From the NCBI RefSeq assembly GCF_000010625.1, contig NC_010296.1, forward strand, positions 510,001-542,000: a DNA stretch of 32,000 nt, written 5' to 3'. The number at the start of each line of letters is the position of its first letter. The first letter of the stretch is position 1. The stretch is from Microcystis aeruginosa NIES-843. GTDB lineage: Bacteria > Cyanobacteriota > Cyanobacteriia > Cyanobacteriales > Microcystaceae. This document shows positions 16,933 through 25,991 of this stretch, piece after piece. Under the pieces are notes generated by a model. The model searched no databases, was not told the origin of the DNA, and worked only from the letters and a program-made list of their open reading frames with translations. The position numbers and the translations under genes are program-made.

Positions 16933-18585
16933 CTATTCCCAAATCTGACAGCTTAGATCGCCCGATTTTTGGGAAAGACGCAGATTTTCACCGTAATCGA
17001 CGGGAACATCGATCACCGTAGGCACCTCTTGCCGGAAAGCCTCCTCTAGTGTCGGGATCAAATCCTGAGTAGATTCCACCCGATAGCCTTTTAATCCCAT
17101 ACTTTCGGCAAATTTAACAAAATCGGGATTACCAAACTTAATAAAAGAAGATGTCCCAAAATAGTTTAACTGCTTCCATTCGATTAAACCGTAACCGCCA
17201 TCATTAAAGATGAGAGTGACGAAGGGAGTTCCCACCCGCAAAGCTGTCTCCAATTCCTGACAATTCATCATAAAACCGCCGTCCCCCGTCACCGCCACAA
17301 TGCGCTTATTGGGATAAACTAACTTAGCGGCGATCGCACCAGGGATAGCAATACCCATAGCGGCGAAACCGTTAGAAATAATGCAAGTATTGGGACAATC
17401 GGAGTGATACTGGCGCGCCATCCACATTTTATGAGCGCCCACGTCACAAATAGCGATATCTTCCGGTCCCATCACCTGACGCAGATCGTAGATCAATTTT
17501 TGTGGCTTGATCGGAAAACCCGTATCATTGGCATAGGTTTCGTAATCGGCCCGAATTTCCGTCTTTAATCCCGCGGTGACGGGAGTTGGTTTATTCTGGC
17601 GATCGGCCCGTTTGAGGATATCGATGAGAGAATCGGTGATATCACCCACCACTTCCACCACCGGGGCATAACTGCTGTCAATTTCCGCCGGAGTCATGCC
17701 GATGTGAATAATCGGTAATTTACCGTCTGGATTCCATTTTTTCGGGGAATACTCGATTAAATCGTAACCAACAGCGATAATTAAATCACTGCGCTCGAAG
17801 GCACAACTAATCAAATCCCGTTGCTGTAATCCTACCGCCCAAAGAGCCAGAGGATGGGTATAGGGAATCACCCCCTTACCCATAAAAGTGTTAGCCACAG
17901 GGATATTCAAGGCCGTGGCGAATTCCGTTAAAGCCTCACTAGCATTAGCGCGAATTGCCCCATTTCCCGCCAAAATCAAGGGATTTTTCGCTTTAGAAAT
18001 CACCGCCGCCGCCATGTTCAAAGTCCGATAGGAAGCGTAAACTTTTTCCTGACTATCGAGGGGCAAGGGATGACCATCGGCAGCCATAGCGGCGATATTT
18101 TCGGGAAGATCGATATGAACTGCCCCCGGTTTCTCACTTTGGGCGGTTTTAAAGGCTCTCCGTACCACTTCTGGGGTGATACCCGGCCGCACGATTTGTT
18201 TATTCCATTTCGTCACCGGGGCGAACATGGCCACCAGATCCAGGTATTGATGGGATTCAATGTGCATCCGATCGGTTCCCACCTGGCCGGTGATGGCCAC
18301 TAAGGGCGCCCCATCGAGGTTAGCATCGGCTACCCCTGTCATCAGGTTAGTCGCCCCCGGTCCTAAAGTGGAGAGACAAACCCCCGCTTTTCCCGTCAAG
18401 CGTCCATAGACATCGGCCATAAAAGCCGCGCCCTGTTCGTGACGGGTGGTGATAAATTTGATCGAGGAGTTTTTCAGGGCTTCCAAAACATCGAGGTTTT
18501 CTTCCCCGGGTAGCCCAAAAATATACTCGACCCCTTCATTCTCTAGACATTTAACTAGAAGTTCGGCTGTGTTTAATTCCCCCAT
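16933..18585 (-). CDS. thiamine-diphosphate-dependent acetolactate synthase (AlsS-like large subunit)
   Basis: 550 aa with GVEYIFGLPGEENLD, STLGPGATNL and the TPP-binding motif GDGGFMMNCQELETA...NDGGYG. Confidence 0.85.
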   Translation of the reverse strand: MGELNTAELLVKCLENEGVEYIFGLPGEENLDVLEALKNSSIKFITTRHEQGAAFMADVYGRLTGKAGVCLSTLGPGATNLMTGVADANLDGAPLVAITGQVGTDRMHIESHQYLDLVAMFAPVTKWNKQIVRPGITPEVVRRAFKTAQSEKPGAVHIDLPENIAAMAADGHPLPLDSQEKVYASYRTLNMAAAVISKAKNPLILAGNGAIRANASEALTEFATALNIPVANTFMGKGVIPYTHPLALWAVGLQQRDLISCAFERSDLIIAVGYDLIEYSPKKWNPDGKLPIIHIGMTPAEIDSSYAPVVEVVGDITDSLIDILKRADRQNKPTPVTAGLKTEIRADYETYANDTGFPIKPQKLIYDLRQVMGPEDIAICDVGAHKMWMARQYHSDCPNTCIISNGFAAMGIAIPGAIAAKLVYPNKRIVAVTGDGGFMMNCQELETALRVGTPFVTLIFNDGGYGLIEWKQLNYFGTSSFIKFGNPDFVKFAESMGLKGYRVESTQDLIPTLEEAFRQEVPTVIDVPVDYGENLRLSQKSGDLSCQIWE

Positions 18586-18804
18586 AGTTCCCTCCTGTAG
18601 AGCTTACTTCATCAGTAAAGTCTCTAGAGATAGTTCATCCCGGCGGATTGAGGTTGTTGCGCTCAACTCGTCGGGATGATATCAGTAGACTATATGTACC
18701 AATGTAGCTGACTAAAATTTTGTTTAAGTCTATCCATATACCATTGTGACTTAGATCTTGACCCTTGGCAGATTATTTATTAGCACAATTGGGGAGAATT
18801 TTTT

Positions 18805-19506
18805 TTAGGCCGTTAATTCTTCGGCAGCGTGGGCTAGTTGGGCGGCGACTTTGGCTAGATAGGGACGACTTAACCACCAGATAAAGGGGGACAGCCAACC
18901 CCGCAGAGTGACAGAATAGGAAATATAACTACCACAGAGGGTTGATTCCACTTGGTAGGTCATTTTCTGTTCCATGCCCGGGATAGCGAGAACTCTGAGG
19001 CTGAGGAGTTCCCCGGGGCGGACATTTTCCACGAAAACCCGGATAGGAATGGGAGTCAGACGGGTGACAGCTTGATAGATTAACCCTGGTTTAGCGATTA
19101 AACCCAAGGGAACATCAGCCTTGGCGATCAAAGGATGCCAAGAGACATCGGCCACATTGATTAATTTTTGCCAGAGGACATCGACGGGGGCGGTACTGAC
19201 CACCCGATAGGTTTTGTAGAGTGAAAACTTACAGAATAGTCTGCCTTTGGCCGCTACAATCCTTAAGGAAAAATTGAGAATCACCGATTGCCTCCCGCAA
19301 AAATAATCTAGGGAATCTTCTATTTTGACATACCCCACGCCGTAAACGGACGTGGATTCTTCTCGCATCACTGCTGTGAATTTCTGGCTCAACGAGTCCA
19401 CTTGAATTAGATTCCTGGCGAAATCCCACCCAGAGGTGGTTCTCTCCTCAGACTTTCGCGACCTTACAGAAGCCTGTTTTCGGGGGCCCCTACGATACAG
19501 TTCCAA
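18805..19506 (-). CDS. SRPBCC/START-like domain protein, start codon uncertain
   Basis: The C-terminal ~140 aa (YRVVSTAPVDVLWQKLINVADVSWHPLI...) look like a polyketide-cyclase/dehydrase-type fold. The N-terminal ~90 codons start at a TTG, are Arg-rich, are overlapped by another ORF and look non-coding. The real start is probably near 19210-19370. Confidence 0.4.
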   Translation of the reverse strand: MELYRRGPRKQASVRSRKSEERTTSGWDFARNLIQVDSLSQKFTAVMREESTSVYGVGYVKIEDSLDYFCGRQSVILNFSLRIVAAKGRLFCKFSLYKTYRVVSTAPVDVLWQKLINVADVSWHPLIAKADVPLGLIAKPGLIYQAVTRLTPIPIRVFVENVRPGELLSLRVLAIPGMEQKMTYQVESTLCGSYISYSVTLRGWLSPFIWWLSRPYLAKVAAQLAHAAEELTA

Positions 19507-19571
19507 ACCTCTAAAATACTTGGTTTCTCTGGTACTTGGTGCTGAGAATTTTTACCTATAGGAGCATTCCC

Positions 19572-20942
19572 CTAGTGGGACTTAAACAAATTTCAAGCCC
19601 AAACAAAGCCTAAACTGGCTTTGTAAGCGGCAAACACATCCCGATTCTCGGTCAGCCACTCAAAGAAACGGAAAGACATCGCTGTCCGAAAAGCTTCCAA
19701 GGCTTCCACAAAAGTGTTTAAAGGTCGATTCGCCCACCGCCTTTGCAATCCCCCAGTTAACTGATGCCACAGGATAAATGTATAGGCACAAAACACCAAG
19801 ATAAAATGACGAAGTAAGCTTCGTTTATCCCTGACTTGGTATTCCCTTAACCCTAACCATCCTTTGGCTTCTCGGTAGAATACTTCCACCCAATTTCTTT
19901 CGGTGTAAGTCCTCACTATCCACGAAGCTGTTACTGTATCTGCCTCAACTACATTGGTGATGAAATAGTCAACCTCTGTTGCTTTTTCCATTGAACTTGC
20001 ATTCATGATGATCGCCAAGTTCCTTTCTCCTTCTAGTTGAGATATTTTCGCTCTGAATACCGCTACCCAAACCGTTTTTTCTTTATCTAGATTTAGGGTG
20101 ATTTTCTCCCAATCCTTTTCTGATAGGCTTTTTGCTAGTTGCTCAAGCTGGATTGTTTCTTCCACACCCCCTTCTTTTTCAATAATTACTTTTCGATTTT
20201 TTGCCAATCCTCCTAAGTATTTTAGCTTTCTTTCTTCCAGGGCTTTGAGAAAATTTGTGTTGTTGCCATAACCAGCATCTATTAAGACGATTTTCGGTCG
20301 ATAGCCTCTGGTTAAGCTCCGGTCAATTAAATCTATCGCTATCTCCGGTTTCTTCTTAAATTCTTTGTCTTCTTTCCCCTCGGCTAAGGAACTAGCCGGT
20401 TGATAAATTTCAATGTCTAGGGGGACACTTTTTTTGCCGTCGTAGAGATGGGTAGTGACGGCGACTATTCCGTTGTCTGTCTTGCCAATTTCTCCTAGGT
20501 ACTGCCTGCCAACTCCGGCGGTCAGATTGCCACTTTTTCGATGTCCTGAGTCATCGACAATCAGGGAAAATCCTCGGGGGATTTGCGTCTGGCGGCATTG
20601 GTTCATCACTTGCAACCGACATTCATTCACCTGACGGTCTGACCAGGGAGATTCGGTCAAAAAGTGATGTAATCGGTTATAAACTACTCCGACGGCATTA
20701 TTGGCCATTTGAGTGAGGTTTTTCCGCTCACTTTCCCCTAATAATCCTCCTAAATATTGTCTGAAGCCGTTTTTTTGCGCTTCGTTTTTGAAGCAATTGT
20801 CAAACCGCCGACACCATCGGTCAAAGCATGGGGGCATCGCGGCTGGGGTTGTCTCTTTCATCGCTGATCTTTCAACGTAAAGTGCTTACTCTTTAACGAT
20901 TATACTCGATTTGATCTTTATTTGGCGTTTAAGTCCCACTAG
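19572..20942 (-). mobile_element. IS701-family insertion sequence (1371 bp)
   Basis: The terminal IRs are CTAGTGGGACTTAAAC (19572-19587) and GTTTAAGTCCCACTAG (20927-20942), a perfect 16 bp. The outer CTAG could instead be a 4-bp palindromic TSD. There is a single 422-aa transposase. Confidence 0.85.
19593..20861 (-). CDS. IS701-family DDE transposase
   Basis: The N-terminus FDRWCRRFDNCFKNEAQKNGFRQYLGGLLGESERKNLTQMA...LHHFLTESPWSD is typical of IS701/DDE_5. It also has LIVDDSGHRKSG and VLIDAGYGNN. Confidence 0.9.
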   Translation of the reverse strand: MKETTPAAMPPCFDRWCRRFDNCFKNEAQKNGFRQYLGGLLGESERKNLTQMANNAVGVVYNRLHHFLTESPWSDRQVNECRLQVMNQCRQTQIPRGFSLIVDDSGHRKSGNLTAGVGRQYLGEIGKTDNGIVAVTTHLYDGKKSVPLDIEIYQPASSLAEGKEDKEFKKKPEIAIDLIDRSLTRGYRPKIVLIDAGYGNNTNFLKALEERKLKYLGGLAKNRKVIIEKEGGVEETIQLEQLAKSLSEKDWEKITLNLDKEKTVWVAVFRAKISQLEGERNLAIIMNASSMEKATEVDYFITNVVEADTVTASWIVRTYTERNWVEVFYREAKGWLGLREYQVRDKRSLLRHFILVFCAYTFILWHQLTGGLQRRWANRPLNTFVEALEAFRTAMSFRFFEWLTENRDVFAAYKASLGFVWA

Positions 20943-21302
20943 AGAACCCCATAACTCTAGTTTTCAAGGTGCGTTCATCGGTTGATGACTGGGTTTTTTA
21001 AGCGGTTGCTTACCCGGCCCCCTATTCTTAATATCATACATCCTATAAAGTCGCCCTCAAAGGGCGAGGCTTTCAACCCAATTTTTCGGTAAAAAATAAA
21101 TGGCTTTCCGGCAGTGTGCGCTTTTGATAATTTTCAATTATATGAATAGATTGATAAAGCTTGTTCTCAAGCCGCTAAAAGCCTATCAGTTCTTTGTGTG
21201 ATCAGTTTAACTTACTATAGAAGCGATCAATCTTTGTGTCCTCTGTGTCTGGAGTGGTTCCTTCCACTCCCTCGCCAGCAGGACTGTATCTTAGAATACA
21301 TT

Positions 21303-21503
21303 TTACTCACCAAACCTAAGATAGCCCGGTTCTTCGGTTTGTGTTATGCGATGGATGGGGTTACAAGGGATGAAAACCCTATATAGAGTTGGCTGAATAA
21401 ATCTAATTTTTTCGATAAAAGCGGCAGGGTTAAAACCAGCAAGAGTGGCTGTGCCAAGGGTAGCACCTGAAAGATCAAGAAATTGACGGCGATCGAGAGA
21501 CAT
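21303..21503 (-). pseudogene. orphan Tat-signal N-terminal fragment
   Basis: MSLDRRQFLDLSGATLGTATLAG is a twin-arginine signal peptide. The remaining ~40 aa look like read-through into unrelated DNA, and no mature domain follows. Confidence 0.3.
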
Positions 21504-21693
21504 ATTCTCAGAGCAGATGTTCCGATGATCAATTATCCTATCGATCGGTGCCTTGGCAAAGAAAAGTTTTTATTTTTACCTGTCCGCTATAAGATGTCAA
21601 ATTTTTTGAGTAATTGCCAGGGAATTTAAAAAAATTTGTTTACTCAAATTAAGAGTTAAATTTGGAAGGTTTCTAGAGCGCATTTTTCCTCAA

Positions 21694-21721
21694 GTGGAGA
21701 TGGAAAAAATCCCATCCCCAC
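21694..21721 (-). terminator. hairpin terminator after the PEP-CTERM gene
   Basis: On the minus strand the sequence is GTGGGGATGG GATTTTTT CCATCTCCAC, a 10-bp stem with one G-U pair. It lies 11 nt after the stop and is followed by TT. Confidence 0.45.
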
Positions 21722-21731
21722 ACTTGTCAAT

Positions 21732-22436
21732 TTATTTTCGCTGCTTGTTAAATACTGAACCCATCCCCAGTAAACCCAATGCCAATAACCCCAGAATCGA
21801 GGAAGGCTCTGGAACCGCTGGAAATGGATTTGGACCGGTACTGGGTGATAAAAATCCTTTTAAAGGATCACCCACGGCTCCAAAACCAACAAGATCGAGG
21901 GAATTAAACTGAGTTATAACTTCTACATAGGTCTCTTCTCCTTCTAGTACCCTGAAACTACCGAGATCGGGGAAATCCGTAAAGTAAATGAAATCTGCAC
22001 TAGCGATAGGATCGGCAACATTTGGGGTGTTCACAATCGTGATTTTTAATGGCAATGTTTGAGTGAAATCTAGGTCGGAGGAAGTAGTATTGACTATCAG
22101 ATCAACCCCATCAATCTGAGTGCCTAGAAAAATAGTGCCATTACGGTAATACAAGCGCCCTGCAACAAAGTCTTGACCCTTGGGCTGATCGGTAAAGTCA
22201 GAAGGAATAAAGGACAATTGATTGGTAAATGAACCATCTACAGGCGTTCCCCATTCGATGGTGTCGGTTCCGTTGCCCGTGTATACTGAGCCAGGGAGCG
22301 TGATGGCGTTGTCAAAATGGCCTGTCACTGTCCCTGTACCTACATTTACAGTTACAGCTTGGGCGGCTTGGAAAGGGGCTAGGATGGCTAGAGTTGCCCC
22401 CGCTACCAATAAGCAAGGCTTACCCCCCCCCCGCAT
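21732..22436 (-). CDS. PEP-CTERM sorting-domain secreted protein
   Basis: 234 aa with a signal peptide (LLVAGATLAILAPFQAAQA). The C-terminus AVPEPSSILGLLALGLLGMGSVFNKQRK is a PEP-CTERM anchor. Codons 2-5 are encoded by a G10 run. Confidence 0.8.
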   Translation of the reverse strand: MRGGGKPCLLVAGATLAILAPFQAAQAVTVNVGTGTVTGHFDNAITLPGSVYTGNGTDTIEWGTPVDGSFTNQLSFIPSDFTDQPKGQDFVAGRLYYRNGTIFLGTQIDGVDLIVNTTSSDLDFTQTLPLKITIVNTPNVADPIASADFIYFTDFPDLGSFRVLEGEETYVEVITQFNSLDLVGFGAVGDPLKGFLSPSTGPNPFPAVPEPSSILGLLALGLLGMGSVFNKQRK

Positions 22437-22651
22437 TTTTGATTACTTTTGTTAATGTTTTGTCCATGGAAAACTCTTCACTTGGTAAGTTTTCTTCGAT
22501 TATATAATTGTATTTTTCAAAAGACTGGTATTGCCTGCTACCAATAAGTAATGCTTACCCCCCCCGCATTTTTAATTATTTTTGTTAATGTTTGCGCCAT
22601 GGAAACCTCTTCTTTGGTAGAGTTTCTTCGATTGTATAATTGTATTTGCCT
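22402..22651. repeat. tandem duplication (period 136 bp, ~85-88% identity) of the PEP-CTERM gene start plus leader/promoter
   Basis: Copy A is 22402-22517 and copy B is 22538-22651. Both contain GCTACCAATAAG..GCTTACCCCCC..GCATTTTT..TTTTGTTAATGTTT..CCATGGAAA..TTTCTTCGATT.TATAATTGTATTT. Confidence 0.85.
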
Positions 22652-22761
22652 CTCTTGGATATTGGCTGAAAAATGTTCACAATCTCACATTATGGGCTTA
22701 ACGCCTGCGCCCCTACATTGCACAATGACCTAAAATACTTTTTCAGCAAGCCTTTATTTTA

Positions 22762-23436
22762 TTACCATAAACGATAAAAAATTTTCAACAAATGCGGCGG
22801 AATTTTTAGATAATAACCAATAATTACTAATTGATTAACTAAGGTGGTTTTGGCAACTCCTAATTTTTGCCAACGTCTTGCCGAGGTAATCACCGGAGCA
22901 GAAACTATGGCTATTTTACCCCTTTTTTTCAATCTTTGTATTAATTCAAAATCTTCCATAATTGGCAACTCAGGAAAACCGCCCAAATCGGCAAAGATTG
23001 AGGCTTTTAAAAATATTCCTTGATCTCCGTAGGGAAGGGAAAGCCAGCGAGAACGCCAATTAACTAATTTTTCCACTAAACGCAGGGTTTTTTCTTCTCC
23101 ATCAATTTTTAATTCAAAGGCCCCCGCTACTATCCCAGATTGGGATAAAGTATTGATAATTTGTTCTTGAAATTCCTGGGGAAGTAAAGTATCTCCATGC
23201 AGAAATAACAAAATATCTCCTTTCGCTATTTTGGCTCCTAAATTCATCTGAAATCCACGACCTTTACTGGGGGAAATAATTACTTTTCCTCCCAATTGTT
23301 CGGCTATTTCTCTGGTTTTATCGGTACTTCCCCCATCGACAACAATAATTTCTACCCCCGCACCTATCTGTTTTAACGTTGCTGCAATTCTTAACTCCTC
23401 ATTAAGAGTCGGAATGATAATACTAAGATAATTCAT
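22762..23436 (-). CDS. family 2 glycosyltransferase (small TIGR04283-like type)
   Basis: 224 aa with LSIIIPTLNEE, VVDGGSTDKT and LFLHGDT. Confidence 0.8.
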   Translation of the reverse strand: MNYLSIIIPTLNEELRIAATLKQIGAGVEIIVVDGGSTDKTREIAEQLGGKVIISPSKGRGFQMNLGAKIAKGDILLFLHGDTLLPQEFQEQIINTLSQSGIVAGAFELKIDGEEKTLRLVEKLVNWRSRWLSLPYGDQGIFLKASIFADLGGFPELPIMEDFELIQRLKKRGKIAIVSAPVITSARRWQKLGVAKTTLVNQLVIIGYYLKIPPHLLKIFYRLW

Positions 23437-23667
23437 CAGGTTTTGCGCTAACTAAAGTCAGAGGATTTAGGGGCGACCATCGGGTAAATTTTCCTACAAA
23501 TACCCAGGGATTGACTGGGATTGGTAATAACTGTTTTTTCGGTAGAAAAGTTAAACATTGCTGCCAGTTCTTCAGAGTGGCTAAAGCTGGAGTCAAAAGT
23601 CGATACCAAATTAGGTTACACTTCATCTTTATGGAAAGCGAAACTCTGTTCTAAGATAGGTGGGACA

Positions 23668-24084
23668 ATGCCGAATATTAAAGGAGACGATGGTGCGCTC
23701 AAAACCATCTTCAGCAATAGTAAAATTATCGCAGTGGTCGGGCATTCCGAGAAATCGAGCCGCGCCAGCTATCAGGTGGCCAAATTCCTGCAAGCGGTGG
23801 GTTATCGAGTCTATCCTGTCAATCCTATGGTCCAGCAAATTGACGGTCAAAGCTGCTATCCTTCTCTAGAGGCTATCCCCGAACCTGTGGATATTGTTAA
23901 CGTTTTTCGTCATCCTGATTATCTACCCGAAATTGTCGAGTCAGCTATTGCTATTGGGGCCGCTACCCTTTGGACACAATTGAGAATTTATCACCCAGTT
24001 GCCGAAAAAAAAGCGATCGAGGCGGGTTTAAATGTGATTATGGATGCTTGTATCCAGATAGAATATCAGCGTCTATTTGCCTAA
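23668..24084 (+). CDS. CoA-binding domain protein (YccU/YneT-like)
   Basis: I prefer the internal ATG at 23668 (MPNIKGDD...), giving 138 aa. KIIAVVGHSEKSSRASYQVAKFLQAVGYRVYPVNP is the CoA-binding Rossmann motif. The upstream part of the 187-aa track ORF overlaps the GT2 gene end and looks spurious. Confidence 0.75.
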   Translation: MPNIKGDDGALKTIFSNSKIIAVVGHSEKSSRASYQVAKFLQAVGYRVYPVNPMVQQIDGQSCYPSLEAIPEPVDIVNVFRHPDYLPEIVESAIAIGAATLWTQLRIYHPVAEKKAIEAGLNVIMDACIQIEYQRLFA

Positions 24085-24089
24085 AACAA

Positions 24090-24110
24090 AACCCCACCAT
24101 GGGTGGGGTT
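24090..24110. terminator. bidirectional hairpin between convergent genes
   Basis: ACCCCACC ATG GGTGGGGT, with A-rich sequence on one side and T-rich sequence on the other. It sits between the CoA-binding gene (+) and the porin gene (-). Confidence 0.5.
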
Positions 24111-24131
24111 TCGGGTTTAATTTAGGAAATC

Positions 24132-25991
24132 CTAGAAGGTAAAGGTTCCGCGGAGAGTGCCAATCCACTCATTACCAGTGCCTTTGAACTGTTCAGGTGC
24201 AGAAATCCAGATGACACCGGGGGTGATAGAAATATTGTCGGTGACTTGGTACTTGTAGAACAATTCAACGTGGTAGGGAACGATGTTAGATACTTTTAGC
24301 CCCATGTCTCGGAAGCTTAAGTGACCGATGTAGGGCTGCGCACCAGCAAACAGACCTAAGATATTTCCTTCTTTACCCAAGTCGGGGAAGGCAATACCAG
24401 CACCGTAGGTCCACACTTCCGCATCACCGAGACCGAGTAAACGCACGGTGGAGTAGGAACCGAAGGCACTCAAGCTGGCGAAACCAATATCCACTGCACC
24501 GGTTAAACCGTAGCTATTGGATACTTTGGCTCCGAAGTTGAAGAAACCGACTTCATCCTGTAGGGTGACGCTATCAGGATCGTTGCCGTTGACGTTGAGC
24601 AGGGTATTTAACTGAGTTTGGGAAAGGTTAGCGGCGGAAGTCCCCGTTACACCGAAGGAACCACCGTTACCGAAGATGGCGGTATCGGCACCTTGGTAAG
24701 CGTTAACGTAGGTGAAGCCGACGTTGAGGAAGTTAAAGAGGTTAGCGTTAATCTGTGCTAAAGCGGCGTAATCTCCGTTAAAGAGACCATTACCCGGGTT
24801 AGGATTGGCCGCAGAACTAGAGCCACCACCACCGGCTAAGTAACCCAAGGATAGGGAGGTCGGACCGACAATGCTTTGGAGGAAGCCTAACTGTAGGCTA
24901 ACACCGGCCCCAGAACCACCACCGATACGATATATGGGGTTTTCGGAAGCGAAGGTAGATAGCGCACCATTACCACCGTCGAAGTCTTCAAAGAAGGGAT
25001 TAGTGGTGGGAACGAAGTCATTCCAAATACCGCCCCAAGCGGCGACGTAGGTATTGAAGCGACCAAAATAACCTAAGTCAATCGGGGTATAGTAGGCCAA
25101 CCAGTCGAGAACCACATTGCTACCGTTACCGGCCGCGGTCCAAGTTTGGAATAGGGAAGGGCTTTGCAGATTATCGAATCTGACGGAAGCGGGATCACCA
25201 TTTTGTAGTGTGGTGGTCGATTTGTAATCAAATCCGAAGGGAGTGGCACTACCCGCCGCTAAACGAGTTTTCAGTACGTCCTGACCGGTGAAGCTCGTGT
25301 TTAACAGCAAACGAGCGCGGTATTGCATGGCGGCCTGGGAGGCGGGGCTACCAGCACCGACCGTATCGGTGACAGCGAAAATAACTTCCCCAGCTAATTT
25401 GGTGGTGGTGGAGAATTGGTTATTTTCGAGGAAAGACACCCGGCTTTCTAAGTTATCAACTCTAGCTCCCAAGGCCGCTAATTCGGCCTGGAACTCATCC
25501 ATCAAGCGCTTGAGGGCATCTAAGTCTTCCTTGAGGACGTTGACACCATCTTGAATTAAACGTTCCATCACGTTTAAGCAAGCGTTTAAACCAGCCGCAA
25601 ATTCCCAACGGGTTAAAGCTCGGTCGCCGCGGAAGGTGCGATCGGGATAACCAACAATACAACCATAGCGCTCCACAAGGCTTCTTAGGGCTTCATAGGC
25701 CCAAGCGGTGGGGGAAACATCCCGCAGTTGGTTAACGCTGGTGACTTGATCGATGGTGTTGCCCTGTACGGGTGCAACTTGACCTTCGTTACCGTACTGT
25801 TCGATCTGATTGAGTAATTCGCCAGTTCCTGCACCGGTATTCTGAACTTGAGCGATTTCTAGATTGTTAAATTCGGTAGAAACACTGGTAGATTTGACGG
25901 GGTCGAAGCTACTAGCATTAGCGGAAGCTACTAGGGTAGCCCCTAAAATCGCTGGGCTAACCAGCAATGATTTCCAGAACATTCTTAACAT
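24132..25991 (-). CDS. SLH-domain / OprB-family outer-membrane porin (cyanobacterial iron-uptake-porin type)
   Basis: 619 aa with a signal peptide and an SLH motif (VSPTAWAYEALRSLVERYGCIVGYPDRTFRGDRALTRWEFAAGLNACL). It has a coiled-coil linker (FQAELAALGARVDNLESRVSFLENNQFSTTTKLAGEVIF). The C-terminal part is Gly/aromatic-rich beta-barrel ending in F. Confidence 0.9.
   Translation of the reverse strand: MLRMFWKSLLVSPAILGATLVASANASSFDPVKSTSVSTEFNNLEIAQVQNTGAGTGELLNQIEQYGNEGQVAPVQGNTIDQVTSVNQLRDVSPTAWAYEALRSLVERYGCIVGYPDRTFRGDRALTRWEFAAGLNACLNVMERLIQDGVNVLKEDLDALKRLMDEFQAELAALGARVDNLESRVSFLENNQFSTTTKLAGEVIFAVTDTVGAGSPASQAAMQYRARLLLNTSFTGQDVLKTRLAAGSATPFGFDYKSTTTLQNGDPASVRFDNLQSPSLFQTWTAAGNGSNVVLDWLAYYTPIDLGYFGRFNTYVAAWGGIWNDFVPTTNPFFEDFDGGNGALSTFASENPIYRIGGGSGAGVSLQLGFLQSIVGPTSLSLGYLAGGGGSSSAANPNPGNGLFNGDYAALAQINANLFNFLNVGFTYVNAYQGADTAIFGNGGSFGVTGTSAANLSQTQLNTLLNVNGNDPDSVTLQDEVGFFNFGAKVSNSYGLTGAVDIGFASLSAFGSYSTVRLLGLGDAEVWTYGAGIAFPDLGKEGNILGLFAGAQPYIGHLSFRDMGLKVSNIVPYHVELFYKYQVTDNISITPGVIWISAPEQFKGTGNEWIGTLRGTFTF

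Noticed and set aside
19230-19570. Fragments resembling TPP (CTGAG..GAACC..CTGG..GCCAG), FMN (GAAAGTCTGAGGAGAGA) or RNase P CR-I (GAAAGTC) motifs on the minus strand
   Set aside because: Each is an isolated short similarity. The partner motifs are absent or out of order, so I make no riboswitch or ribozyme call.
21051-21080. TCGCCCTCAAAGGGCGA + GGCTTTCAACCC as a CRISPR repeat or an IS200/IS605 end
   Set aside because: It is a single occurrence. There is no array and no tnpA/tnpB nearby, so the identity cannot be supported.
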